This document shows positions 26,531 to 46,627 of a stretch of 64,000 nucleotides of DNA, in pieces; the first letter of the stretch is position 1; the number at the start of each line of letters is the position of its first letter. The DNA is taken from the NCBI GenBank assembly GCA_030141605.1, contig JAQGDQ010002379.1, positions 124,001 through 188,000 on the forward strand. Direction: 5' to 3'. Position numbers and translations under genes: made by a program. The notes under the pieces were generated by a model. It saw nothing but the letters and a program-made list of their open reading frames with translations. It had not been told where the DNA came from and did not search any database. The DNA is from Tubiluchus corallicola (Eukaryota; Animalia; Priapulida).

Positions 26531-26913
26531 TAGGGGTGAGCATCGAACGTTCGAGTTCGAACTCGATTCGAATCCAAAACTGTAGATTCAAATAATTCAG
26601 CACTTCAATCACATATGTTCCTGATCACTAAAACGATTGAAACAACATGCAATTAGCGTAATTTAGCAGTGATTTCTGTGCACAATTTTAAACAAATTAC
26701 TAGTCGTTTTATTGCAGAACAAAATCTAGTGATACACATGATCTTTGTAAGACTAATTTTTACTGGTGGTTCGAAAACTTGTTCGAAAATCATTCAATCT
26801 CAATTCGACTTCAGTTCGAATTTGAAACACTGAAGTTCGGTTAGATTCGAATTCGAAAGTCAGAAATTCGGTTCGATTCGAATTCGCTTTCTGGTAGAGA
26901 ATGCTCACCCCTA
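26531..26913. mobile_element. Non-autonomous hAT-like MITE
   Basis: 13-bp perfect TIRs TAGGGGTGAGCAT / ATGCTCACCCCTA, flanked by a near-perfect 8-bp TSD (TTAATCAT / TTAATCAC), with many internal TTCGAA subterminal motifs. Confidence 0.85.
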
Positions 26914-27849
26914 TTAATCACAAGCTGCTGCCTGCGCGTAGTGATTTAAGATGTTACACTCGTGACCAAAAGGTCGCCAGTTCAAATCCAAATTCAGTCA
27001 GGACTTTTATATTTCTTTCCTTCAGTTAAGTTTGTTCCAAAATTTTAACAACCTTACCTTTGCTGCATAAGTTTTGATAATCTTTAAACTGTGATCGTAG
27101 ACAGTAAAAAATTGTTTATTTACTAAATAAACATCAACACAAAACTAACAGCTGAACAGCTTACGTACTTAGTGAACTTTTTAAGAAAATCAACATTTTC
27201 ATTATCAGTCATTTGCAGGTTACCAATTAATGCGATTATCTGAGGATATAAAAATGTTATAAAATTTGTTACATGATGGATTATTTATCATACAGAAGAT
27301 GTTTTTGAAGTTCCAAAAAAAATTCAAAACTGTATATGTTAAACATATTAGAAACATCAGAATTGATATAAAGTAAGAATGATGAATTTCATTTATCTTT
27401 TTCATTTATATATACACTGGTACAGAGTAAAGCATTTTACATCATACATAAAATCAGTGTACAACCAGTCAGTGACAGACTGATGTACACTATGTACAGT
27501 TGTGTCAGTCAGTCTAAGTTAAAAATCATAAGAATAAAAACATTAAAATACAACATTACATAACTACAAATTTATCTACATGACGACATGATAGTGACTT
27601 ATGAAATATGGTAAATTTTAATATTTTTTGATACTTTTTGCTACTTTTTGCCATGCAAGTTTCCGTATGAGTCGCATATTTTTATAGTATAGACACTTAT
27701 ATTATGATGAATTTGTGAGTCTAGAGCGTTATGCGTTTTTGATATTCTCAATTATTGATGAATTCTACTTTATCGCTTTTATGTAAGGGTCTTTTGTGAG
27801 TTAGCAGTTTGTTTTTAGTTCTGTTTTAAACGTTGTTAATCCGTCTTTT

Positions 27850-28390
27850 GATTTTCTACTTAAGAGTGCTGAATTCCATAAGTTGATTTTTGTTTTGCTT
27901 ATCGAATTGTGTCCATATTTTTTGTAAGTAACTGTTTTAGATTATAGGTGCGTTCGTTTTTATGTTTATCGGGGTAAATAATAAACCATTTTCTTTGAAA
28001 ACTGGAATTATATCATTTATATATTTAAATAGAAATATTAAGGAATGGTAATAAATGTTTGATTCTATATTGGGTATTCTTAATTTTTTTCTATTAGTGG
28101 CTGAGTACATATGGTGTTAATTTATTTTCTTAGAAAAGTGGCCTAGTACATGTTTGAGCGCATAATTTTGAGTTGTATCTAGTCTACCTGTTTGGGTTTA
28201 GAAATGTTTTCAAGTAGATGGCAGCCATAAGTTAAATGAGGCATTATTAATCTTTTGTATATTAGTAGTTTGATTTCAATAGTAACTTTGGTATCAATAA
28301 TAAGCTGTTTAAATATTAAACGTTCCCCAGCTTCCTCAATTCCAGAGCTCTCTGTTCTATTTTTGTTTAAATTTAATTTTGCTTTCAATG
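27850..28390 (-). mobile_element. Degenerate LINE (Jockey-like) fragment
   Basis: KLLIYKRLIMPHLTYGC post-RT motif in ORF 28179-28388. Boundaries are approximate. Confidence 0.5.
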
Positions 28391-29455
28391 CGATCTTGAC
28401 TTAAAGAAGCTGGTGTCCAAAAATAACAATGAAAATTATTACACATAGTTTTTGTCAATTTTTTTTGTCATAAAGATGTAATATATTTTGTTTCAATGTA
28501 TGCAATATTAATTGATTGCACTACAGCCCAACAATGATAATGGTTATTACTGTGTGAGTAAAACTAGTAATTTTCTCTTAATAATTTGCTGTCCAAAAAT
28601 TTAGATATATAAAAATTTAGCTGAAAGGAAGATGACAGTTATAAGGCAACGACATTTTATATAACTGCTCGTGGACCAAGTGTGTTACATACCAGGTAAT
28701 CAAATTTAAAAACAAATAAAACTAATAAACCATTAAATGGTCATAACCGTGGTAAAATCAGTGCAAAGGTACAACCCCGGATGATAAATGGACAATTTGT
28801 CAAAAACGAACATTTAATGACGTTTTCAGTAAGTAGGTAAACGCAAAGAAAAGCAGCAGCTAATATATTTTATTCTATACAATTTTATGCTGTGTATAGT
28901 TTTTAGGCCACGCCTATGTAGGGTATAATTATATTGCAGTTCGGTTAATTACAAGTTTAGCAAGTTACATGCTGTACTTCTACTTGCAGTATTATTTATG
29001 ATAATTGTCCATAATAACAAATGTATTGCAAATGACAGCATAATGCTGCTTACCATCAACAAAGCTACAACGCTGGAATTATGAATCTGTTGTGTAACAG
29101 CTATGCAATACACACTGCCAAAGACAAACACTTGCTGGTTACAGGTTATAATAATAAATAAAGAATAACCCATTCTTCAAGTTTCACTCGTTTTTCACTG
29201 TCATTTTCTGTTAATCTACCCAGCAATAACCCTAAATTACATGAGTCAGAGACACGTAGGGGTTTTTGCTTTTCTAGGCCAACGAATGCAGATCATTTTA
29301 CCTAGATTATGACTGAGTAACACATTGTAGCCAATCTAGGTACTATTTAGTAATATTGTGCAATTTTTAAATGTTAGTTTGGACTTTAGAATACCCGTAT
29401 GAATTAAGACAGCTAAATTAAGTAGCGCTGTAAATAAACTTGCAAGAAAAATATA

Positions 29456-29529
29456 TGGCCAGTACGGGGGTCGAACCCGCGACCTTAGCGTTATTAGCAC
29501 CACGCTCTAACCGACTGAGCTAACCGGCC
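29456..29529 (-). tRNA. tRNA-Ile (anticodon AAT)
   Basis: Reverse complement GGCCGGTTAGCTCAGTCGGTTAGAGCGTGGTGCTAATAACGCTAAGGTCGCGGGTTCGACCCCCGTACTGGCCA folds as a canonical cloverleaf with A and B boxes. A T5 Pol III terminator follows within about 10 nt. Confidence 0.96.
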
Positions 29530-31524
29530 AAGTATACTAACAGGAAAGCAATAAAACTTGCTGAAACATCGCTTACTAACAGATAGCAGTGCACATGCGC
29601 TTTCGCAATATGTACTATGCGCAGAATCATTGTACAGAATTTATATCGCTCCCCGCGACCTACGTCGCTGGTTGTTCAGCTATTTACTAAAAATTGTTCT
29701 TGCATAGTGGCTGCAGTAATCGCTAGCCACTGGCAAATGTTACATTTACTGTGTTAATTATTAAGCTAATAATTTATTGTAGCTAACTACGTAGTGTGTT
29801 CAAATATTATCATATAAGAAGTTTTAACTTTCTTAAAAGAATTATTAATAATTTTTATACGATTCGGCACACTTGTTCAAAGCCAAAATTCAGCATTTAG
29901 TCTAAGTTAGGTATAAGTGCTTTCAGTGCACTGTTCCTGCGACATAGGCCTATTAATTGTATTTATAGGCCTAATTATATTACTAAATCGAATAACAGTC
30001 AATAACAGTTCTGTGTATAACAATATAGGTACTACCTGGTACATACAAAAGAAACAAAACTGAATTAAACGTTTATGAGAAAATAATTACCAAATGTCAC
30101 GTCACTAGTTTAAACAGACAGAAGCACAAGTAAATAAAAAAGAAATCTGTAAAAAAAAATAACAAAAAACTTTGTTAAAGGCTAGTAATGAAAATTAATA
30201 AACCTATGCAAAAACCGTGATAAATGAAAGAGGAAAACAGGGAAGGCAAAACGAAAAAACGGCACCTATGAAGTGGTACTTTTTTCTGTCGTATTTATTC
30301 GAGATAATTACACTGATATAGGAACAAATTTTCAAGTTTCACTCACAATTATCAACATAACTTATCTTGCCTATTTTAAATTTTTCTAGTGCTGATGACA
30401 CCATGACGGCATAGGCGAACGGGCCGATTTTTTCAGGAGGGAGGGTAAGCCACTTTTGCCGGAAAAATTCAGGGTCACCTCCGCGTCGGGAATTGCCTCA
30501 CCACACCCCATGATAAAAAAATGTCCGAATTTCGGGCACTTCATTTGGCAGCATGGAGAAATTGCGAGATTTCCTTTTATGAAAAATATTATTTTATAGT
30601 AATTTCGGTGCCCGAAAAAAATGTGTTTGCCCGAATCCGGGCGGGGGAGGCTGCAGACAAACAGCCACCCCCCACCCCCAACCCTTGCTCGTGCACGTCG
30701 GCTGTATTGTTTAAGAATTTTGTGTTAAGCCAATGATACACGGCCGCCACAAGACAAACCGGCAGACGTCGGCCGTGATAAAATGACCGCCCAAATTAGA
30801 CTACATTAATTTCAAATCAAAGATGAAACGCGGAGTTTATGGAAGTGGCCGTGAAGACAGCAGCCGTTCTAAAACAGAAATGAGTTCTATTTTGTACAGT
30901 ATGCACCAGCCGGCCAAGGGTTTTATCCAATCAGGGATCAGTATTCCAGCATTGGTTTTTGCTTTTCCCGCGACGTATTGTAACACGGTATGCATGAATG
31001 CTGTACGTATAATAGATAGATGGTTTATGTTAAGTGAATTTAACTTAAGCCTGAAGAATACTTGCATCATGCATTTAACAGAAGCCATGTAACCATTTAA
31101 ACTTGATTTAATAAGTTCACTATTTTACTTGACAAAAATTCCGCAGTTTTTAGCGTAACCTTATGCAACGGTTCAATACTATGCAAGATGTATTTCCGTT
31201 TTTCCCACTTAAATTGTAATGTGATGGTCGATATCAGAAAACTTCAGAATTTTTCAAAAACCAAACCGAATCGCGGATGTATGGCTGAATTTCAGTAGAC
31301 TCCGGGCCAAATCAGGAGGATGGCAACCCTAGCAGTGATACAAAAATTGAACTTAAAAAACAAGATAACCCACTAAACAATTGATTATAGATCTAAATTT
31401 CAACGTTAAAACACTACCCATGAGTACTTAAAACTAAACAGTGACGAAATGTTTGGCTGTACGGTCGTCATTAATGCTGCGCTCCCTTCTACACGGACGG
31501 CTGCGTATCAGATCTTTCGTTAGT

Positions 31525-33174
31525 TTGATTGAATGATTGAATATCTTTATTGACATAAACATATGATAATAACGATGTAATAATTCATGTGTTAATTAAT
31601 ACTGTAAAATGTTATTAAAGCTGTTTCCAGCCCACTTGGGCTTACAAGTCAATTTCATGAAAATTTATCACATAATAACTGTGCAGTTCATTTACATAGA
31701 ATATCAAATAAAAGAATATATATAATATGGAATTTTAACATATACCTGAATGGACAAGTCATGTATTAAATATATATCTTGCTTTGCCTCATTCTAAAAA
31801 TCTTATAAGCATATTTTGCAGTCCTAAGGACATTCTCTTCTGACATAATATATTTCCATTTATTTACATTATCTAATTGTTCCGGGTCCATGTTAATATC
31901 TTGGAAAAATTCTTCTCTCTCTAGTCTATAATGTGTACAAACAAACATAAAGTGAGATTCATCTTCTACATCTCCACAGCAACATATCTTACACAAACGT
32001 TCACCAACCTTAACATTTCTAAACCTACCATGCTCCAGTTCCAGGGGAAGAGTACCACTTCTTAGCTTTGCAAGCACAGACCTGTATTTTCCTTGCATAT
32101 TAATATAAACATATGGTTCTACTCCAAAGCTGTTCTTATACAATATATATGTTCTAAGTTTAGGGTAATCTGCATTTTTTGCTTTCCAATCAACACATTG
32201 TTTCTCATACAGCTGTGCCCATGCTCTGCTAAGAGGTACAGTATCCATATTAACAAAAGCTTGCTGGAACCCTGCTTCCTCTAGGACTTTAGAAATTTCA
32301 TATGACCAACCAACGTTGGTATTACAGTCCCAAAGAAATATTCTCTTAACAAGTCTAGAATTATCAAGTGTTAAAAGACGATTCCAATACCTTATCATAG
32401 ATGACTTTCTTCTAACTGAAGATGGTGACCATCCCATATCACCCTGTATACATTGATTAGCAGCAAAATTATGAACACCAAGAAATATTCTTAATGCCTT
32501 ATTCTGGACAGTATCAATTTTAGGGTACTTGTTATATCCCCATACTTCTGAACCATAATCAAGTATAGGACATACACCTGCATTGAATAACTTAGTAAAA
32601 GAATAATAACCCAGCCCATTTAACTTTTTATATTTACCAATCAAGGCATCCAGTGCTCTACTGCCTGAGTCTGCCAGTACTAGTGCTGTAACCTTATAAT
32701 CTAAATGTTCATTAAGATAAATCCCCAGATACTTATACCTATCTACAGTGCTCAAAATCTGATCACTAAGTTTAAATAGTACATCAGTTTGATTCACTTG
32801 GGGTTTTCTGAAATGGACAACATTTGACTTTTTACTGTTAAATTTGATTCTCCATTTCTTTCCCCACTCAGTGATCTTATCTAACATTTTCTGAAGATCT
32901 TCTTCAGATTCTGCTAAAATTACAACGTCATCAGCATACATTAAAATACAAATCTTATCATTACCAACAGGAATACCAATATTTAGGGACTTTACATCAT
33001 CTGCCATATCATTTATATACCAGCTGAACAGGGTTGGTGACAAAGTGTCTCCCTGCCTGACACCATATTCACATTTAAATTTATCAGTGAGGATACCATT
33101 TAGATTCACAGCACTATAGGTATCTGAAAGAATATTCTTAATGCTGCTATACATTTTGCCATCCACTATTACAT
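31525..33174 (-). mobile_element. 5'-truncated non-LTR retrotransposon (LINE, RTEX/CR1-group-like); RT ORF 33166-31766
   Basis: Uninterrupted 466-aa ORF with GVRQGDTLSPTLF, YADD, YKYLG and a C-terminal CxxC...EDESHF...C knuckle. The 3' UTR has AATAAA and a (TCAA/TTCA)-like tail near 31525-31545. Confidence 0.92.
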
Positions 33175-33836
33175 GTTAGTAATAAAATAATTTGTTCGTA
33201 ATTTGTCTGTATTAAAGGAATAGCTGGTATTCAACATAGGGCAGATCCAGACTGCTACTTGTTGCAGAGCCAGAATTCAGACCACACCTGTTTGTCAAGG
33301 ATAAACCTGTGAGACGAGATAGTGAAAAAATACAGGTAAGTAATTCTACCTCTGCCTGCATAATCAGATGCACACCGTGGATGTCTCTACGACTTAACCA
33401 GACTAGGTCCCTCAACGACTTAGCGAGAGAAATAACCTGCGAATGGCGCATCATTTTACTAAATAGGTCGAGTTCTATGACTGCTTAACCATGGCTTCGC
33501 ATTATCTACGAAGCTCCATTTAACCATTATTATTGCCCTAAACATAGTCTGTTAATTTATTCATTATGATTCATAGAATCGGTTAGTAGATTATATTGAT
33601 ATTAAAGCATGTTTTTTGGTATCTGTGAGAAATTCACGAATCCCACTTCAAACTTTTCAAGCTAATGAACATAAATAAATCAAAGTTCTTGTAACGCGTT
33701 TTCATCATTGATGGTTGCACAAATCATGTTGATGTCAGATAGCAACACTTAACAAGTATGTCAGATAACTTAATTAATAAACATTTTCATTGTGGTAGTT
33801 CTGTAGATTGCTGATGCCGATAGCTTAGCCTTCAAG

Positions 33837-36302
33837 ATGTTTGACAAGAAAGTTGCTTTGTGTCTAACATTGTCCATTCTCTGGCTGCAAAGTAAGTAAC
33901 TCAGCATAAAAAAGTTGTTTTTGATTTTGGTAAATTTGCTAACCTTTAGTCGTAACTCAAGCCGGTCGCCTGATAGTGATTCGACTCTCTACTATAGACT
34001 TTATAATGGTGGTCAGAAAATACTAAATTTCAAACGTTGACTCTCACGTTTTTATATAATTTCCAGTGTACTTCAGGACCGAGTAACGTCTACACTAGCT
34101 CAGCAATTTTGGAGGAGATAGATTATACAGACAGAAAAATACTAATTTTAGAAGTTTAGTAGAAAAGTACTAATTTTAGAAGTTTAGTAGAAAAGTACTA
34201 ATTTTAGAAGTTTAGTAGAAAAGTACTAATTTTAGAAGTTTAGTAGACAAGTACTAATATTAGAAGTTTAGTAGAAAAGTACTAATTTTAGAAGTTTAGT
34301 AGACAAGTACTAATTTTAGAAGTTTAGTAGACAAGTACTAATTTTAGAATTTTAAGTTTTATGACCGTTGTTAGGCATTTTTAACGCACAGCTATAGGTC
34401 AGATCCTACCTGCTGTGTAAGCTTTGTTCGAATCGTTTCAGAGATATCGGAGAAAGAGCAAACAAACACAAACAGTCAGACAGATAAAAATTCTAAATTT
34501 TGACTCCTACAACTTTTAGATAATTGTTCATTGTATCACAATATCCAGTTGCGTCTTCACTACCTCAGGAATAGAGATAGATTTTGAAGTCAGAAAAGTA
34601 CCAATCTTAGAAGTTGTTTTTATGCCGCAGGTAAGCGATCGTTGTCAGCATGGCCCCACAGTTTTTTACTGTATAACAAGTGTTCAGGCTGGCTTGGTTG
34701 CTTGCTTGGTTGGTTGGAATTGTATCAGCCGTCCCCGAGGAGTAGCGTGCAGAGGTAGGCAGGAAGGCGGGCGGACAGACAGGCGAACAGACTGATGCGA
34801 CTGAGAATAAAAGTTGGCTAAGTTGTGTTGTCTAATAGGTTAATTAGAGAAATGATAAACGGTATGAAAGCAATGTCAAAGCTTGAAAAGTGCGAAGAGA
34901 GAGAAAAAAGAGAAAGAGAGAGACAGATAGAAAGAGAAGGAGAACAGAAAAGGGAATAGAAGAGATGGTAAAATAATAATTTTTTGTAGTAAAATTAACA
35001 GGTAAGTTGCAATTTATATCTGTCTGTAACAAATTATGGCTCACCTACTGAGACGGAACTAATGTTTATTTTTGCTTTGCAGCACTGTCATATACAACCG
35101 AAGGAAGCTCATCAAATGCAAGATATGGAATCCCTTTATTAGACTTTGAAGATTACTTGCAGTGTTATGAATGTGAAGTATCGTTTCGCAAGACGTACAA
35201 TACGAATGATACCTGTTTTAGTGAAGATAGACTCATCAATAGCAGCTATTGGGTATTTTGCCCGAAAAAGTACAATACCTGCCAGGTAACTACTATAGTT
35301 ATTACTAATGTGTTATATGTGGGTCTTAAACGTCATAGTTAATATCTATCCTCTGGGTAATTTGCTTATGACTGTTCTTGCAGCTTCAAATTTGCATGTT
35401 ACAGACATTTCTGCAGACAAGTTCTTTACTTTGCTGAGGTGACTTGAACTGCCCAAATTAATACTATAATTAATATTCAGCACTAAAGCAGGTTAATAGC
35501 TGAGTGGTGACGTTCGTGTGTCTCACGACCGAAGTTACGCAACGCTACCGCCTGGGCTCGAATTCGATACTTGCCCTTGGCCATATATCACTCTCCATAG
35601 TGTTTTTGGTTGCTGGCCTTGTGCTTTTGTATCAAAACATGGCTAAGACGCCCCTTCTGGTTCAGTAGCTCACTTGGGTTGCACTTAAGGTTACTGACAC
35701 GAGGTAAGACGCCGATCTCGCCATAAACACCACCTTAAAGTGATCCCGCTGTTTAATGCTGCATTCCTGCTAGCATTGCTCCGCATTATGCAATACAATA
35801 ATGTATGAGAAACTTATCATTGCTGTTGTTTTTCCGGCTAGTGAAGCGAATGATGTTGCACAACAAAGCCACGTTCACACCTCGAATTCGCTCCGGCAAA
35901 TCAGAATTATACGAACCCTTGTGCAAGAGGTGACATGGTTTGGCAATTCGTCACTACACTTGCAACAAAAAGTGTTTATTTTATGCCTTTTTATTACTAA
36001 TATCAAATCTAAAATTTATATCACTTTCAATTGGCATAATTATTAAAATTTATTTTACGTTATTTTTGTAGACGGAGAGAAGAGAAGTGAATGGGGTTCT
36101 TGTTCTCCTCCTGCGGAGATGTGCTAAAGAATGTGAACCTGGCTGTGAGCTGAGTGGTTATGGAGTGACAATAAAATCATGCATTTCCTGTTGTAATTCA
36201 ACTCTTTGCAACGTGGACAATTTTGCCTTACTGATGTTGCCGTCCAGAACTACGATAACAGCAGTGCTGCTGATGTTGTTATATTATGAATATTTAATTT
36301 AA
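33837..36302 (+). CDS. Ly6/uPAR (three-finger) domain protein with 12 Cys, signal peptide and hydrophobic GPI-type C-terminus; exons 33837-33891, 35083-35285, 36072-36302
   Basis: MFDKKVALCLTLSILWLQ|T...LQCYECEV...TCF...FCPKKYNTCQ|TERREVNGVLVLLLRRCAKECEPGC...SCISCCNSTLCN then a hydrophobic tail. CxxC start and CCxxxxCN end are Ly6 hallmarks. Phases are consistent (1, 0). A likely 5'UTR exon donor (CAG|GTAAGT) lies at 33335. Confidence 0.88.
34139..34352. repeat. 28-bp minisatellite, about 7.5 copies, in the Ly6 gene intron
   Basis: Unit ACTAATTTTAGAAGTTTAGTAGA(A/C)AAGT. Confidence 0.9.
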
Positions 36303-38031
36303 TTCCATTTCGTTTTACATTTTATTATGGAAACTGCCGTACACAGCTCATCCTTACATTATGCCCCACATTGCTGGTACCGTGCAACCGAGAAAGCACT
36401 TTGCAAAACGGTTTTATGAAATTCCATGTAGCATGTAAAAATAGTAGAACCTCGACAATTAAATTTGTAACCAAACATACGTTAAATGCCGTAAACTCAA
36501 TAATGTTTTTCAACTTGTATAAAACTGTTATAAAAATAATGTACCCTGAAAGATGTACATTTTCATGTATTATCTCGTAAGATTATGAAAGGCAGCTAAC
36601 GATAATAAACTTAACTAAAGACTGCATAAGTTGTATAGAAAATACAAATCTTAATTTTTATCAAAGTATCAATTGAGAGAAACGTTAGAATATGTGGGGA
36701 TCTTTTTAAATTAATTGCTTTGTCTTCTTGTATGAAAATAACTTCACTACTTTTTTGTTGTTGTCAGTTTTTAATATATTTAATATACTTTTGCTAATAG
36801 TCTACTAACTTCTTTTAATTGAATCACTTATGTAACTTGACTGTACACGTGTGTTCGAAAATAAATGATGTTAATAATAACAGTTTACCTGCTAGTCATA
36901 ATGTTGCTGCTTCTGTTACTGGTGCTGCTGATGACGATGATAATAATAATGGTGATGACATGATGGCATGTATTATGGCACTGGCGATGATGATGACACG
37001 ACTGTGATAGTGATGGTGAGAGAGACAGTGATGATGACTGAGATTATGGTGATGAAGACGATGAAGACAATGACGAACGGTGATTAATTTCTTCATTTTA
37101 CTGGCAGCACCAACAATAATTTAGTTAATTTTGAGTTCAGTTTGGTATCATGATATTATGTTATTAAACTTTAGTAATTCTATTTAGATGTAACCATATT
37201 GTAGTATCATTTTACATTAAGAAAGATTATACATTATATTTTGTGTATACTTAATGTTGCCATAATATTTTGCGATAAATTAAACATAATTTCTTTTTCT
37301 CTATGAAAGTTAACATGTTTCCTGACGAATGCTCGCTGGTAAAAAACATTGGTGTAGCTATTGCTAAAGTGTTTGCCTGTCACGGAAAGGTGCAAAAAAG
37401 TGACATTTGAATTACTCAGCACGTATATATTGCTAAAACTTTTGCTTGACACGGTGATGTACTGTTCAAAGTGACATTTGAATTACTCAGAGCGTATATA
37501 TTGCTAAAACTTTTGCTTGACACGGTGAGGTACTGTTGAACATTTGAATCACTCACAGCGCATACATTGCTAAAACTTTCCCCTGTCTCGGTGAGGTTCT
37601 GTTGAACATTTGACTCACTCACAGTGCATACATTGCTAAAACTTTCCCCTGTCACGGTGAGGTACTGTTGAACATTTGAATCACTCACAGCATATACATT
37701 GCTAAAACTTTCCCCTGTCACGGTGAGGTACTGTTCAACAATTGAATTACTCACAGCGAATACATTGCTAAAACTTTTGACTGTCACAGTGAGGTACTGT
37801 TGAACATTTTAATCACTCACAGCATATACATTGCTAAAACTTTCCCCTGTCACGGTGAGGTACTGTTGAACATTTGAATCACTCACAGCGCATACATTGC
37901 TAAAACTTTCCCCTGTCACGGTGAGGTACTGTTGAACATTTGAATCACTCACAGCGCATACATTGCTAAAACTTTCCCCTGTTACGGTGAGGTACTATTG
38001 ATTATTTGAATCACTCACAGCGCATACATTG

Positions 38032-44206
<6,175 letters not shown>

Positions 44207-46627
44207 AATAACCCGTTTTTATCTTGATGAATAAACTGCGTTATAAAATTTGCAGCAGCTGAAGGTTATTGTACAAATATTGTTGTTAATAAGCGCAAGG
44301 AACTTTCTTGTTTGCACATCATTTGTCCCATTGTGGTAAAGCTTATTTCCATGTCTTCAATAAAATATATAGCGTCACCTTAGATATTGTCACGTGTGGG
44401 TTACGCCTTTTAACGACCGAAAAAAGCGTCAACAGTAGACATGTTAGCGTGCTGTACTTTCCACAAATGAGATCTTCAGGCAATTTAGAAGTTCCACATG
44501 AACGGGCGTTCAGGTTTTGTTCGCCAGCGTCCAAGTGGATTAAGCTTAACAATTTAACGTGGCTGGGAGGGTCGAGGGAGGCGAACACAAAACAACCTTA
44601 GCCTAGACACACGTAAAACTGGCCATCACGTTTTTAAATTATGGTAAACATGCAGAAATTGAAATCGTAGTTGTTTGAAAGCAGAATTTATTAATGAAGA
44701 TTCATTTGAGCTCATATATTTCCACTCGAATACCTAATTTTATGGGTCGCATGTAGCTATAAACTAATATCACCTTTCTGGCTAGTATTACATACTCGTA
44801 CTATTCTGAATTATTTTTATTTATTTATTTATTTATTTATTTAGTAAATGTAATTCCCTTTTAGGTAAGTTTAATAAATTACTTGAATTTTTAATTTTTG
44901 CTTTTCAGGCAGACAATGGGTTTTGTTGGATGACGTAGAATGTCAAAAAGGTCACTAAGCCTTCTTTCACGATTACGTTCTACGTCTTTTAATTTAGATT
45001 TACGTCTTTGCAACTAATACGAAAATATTTCTCACCAGCCGAATAATATTGATTGCAACAAGCTAAATCAGATTTTGACGAAACTAAGAATCAATTTTCG
45101 CCATCTTTAAAATGTAACAAATGAATACGTTTAATTGTCGCTGATTCACAATTGAATATATTGTGCAAAATAAAATTTATTACAGGAAAAACAGTGTTAA
45201 AACTAATATATTTTTTGTAGTTTGCCACACTAAAACGTAACATTGTGATACAAAATTAATAATTATGACTGGAATGAAAGAAGATGCGCCACGTGGTCTA
45301 TGTGAAGTGCAGAAATCACAACTTGGCATCGCAAAAATTCCAATCTTGCTTGTCATTGTCTTTACGGCTATTGTTCAATCGGAAAACTGTACTTCCTCCC
45401 AATGTTTCCTCTATTATCCACGTCAGGCACATGAACTTCACCACTGTCCTTTTTTGCTAAACACAAAAGAAACAAAATTATGTTTTATAAAACTTAAATT
45501 ATTATTTTTAAAAATTACACATTCCTGATACGCCATTTTCAAATTGCCAAAAATAATCTGTTAAACTAAATTTTGTTTTCTAAACTCTAGTTTGTAATAA
45601 TTAATGCAACAATAAGTGTTTTTGGAATGGCCGTAAAAGTTCCTTCTATAATCTATTCGTTCAATTTAATTGAAATTTATAAAAGTAGGCATTTGCGTTT
45701 TTGTGCTCGTCAGACATGCTTTTATAATATCATGCTGATTTTGAAAAAAATTGAATCCAAATTTTATTTTTGAAGAAAATTTGAATCCAAAAAGCAAATT
45801 TTACTTTTGCACAGGCTTCACCCACACTTTTGTGTAGCGCTTTTACTAAAACGTATTCTCGCGTTTAAAGTTGAAAAAACAAAAAAACTTAAAGCATTAA
45901 AACCAGAAAAAACGCATAAAAATTCTCTCTACCAACGATCGAACTATGGGCCTTCAGGTCAAAAACAAATAGTCTCATAACCGCATGATTGAGCTGTGAT
46001 ACAGTATCGGTTTTAAATCTTTTCAAATTTTCCTTCCTATCAAATTGTTAATTTGATTAGTGATAATTACTCTCTGTTATTTACATAGTTTTATCTTAGC
46101 TCTAATTACTTTTCAGTGCATGCAAGAAGGACATTAATTAGCACTGAATTGCGTTATTATTGCTACACAAAAATAAAAACATTCCCATACGAAACCTTCA
46201 ATTTTTTTCGAAACACTGAAGCTTGTTTCAGACATGTGACCTGGTGAACGTGCTACAAAAGTACCTGTAGAACACACCTATAATAAATAAAATAAATACG
46301 CACACGAGTTAGTTATTTAGCAACAGTCAAGAACCGTTAGTTAAAAAATAACGAGTTAATAACAACAATTTTTAACAATAAGTTAATAACACGAATTTTC
46401 CTATCTTTACTTAAGTAAATGTTTTTCTTACGTTTTAAAGGACAAGAAAAGGTGTACCTGAAGCAGGTTTCAGAAAAATCGCCTTAAAAAATTATATTAC
46501 TTTATAGCAATTTTATGCCTATATCTTACTCGCACTGAAAGTAATTTTGATTTGTTTTCATTTTAAATTTCCCGCAATACTATTCCGAAGTCGCCATTAC
46601 ATGACGTCATGCACCAAACGTAAATCA

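Noticed and set aside
37416-37787. 123-aa ORF with 22-aa repeats
   Set aside because: It is an open frame of the 66-bp minisatellite in a 3' UTR, with no independent gene evidence.
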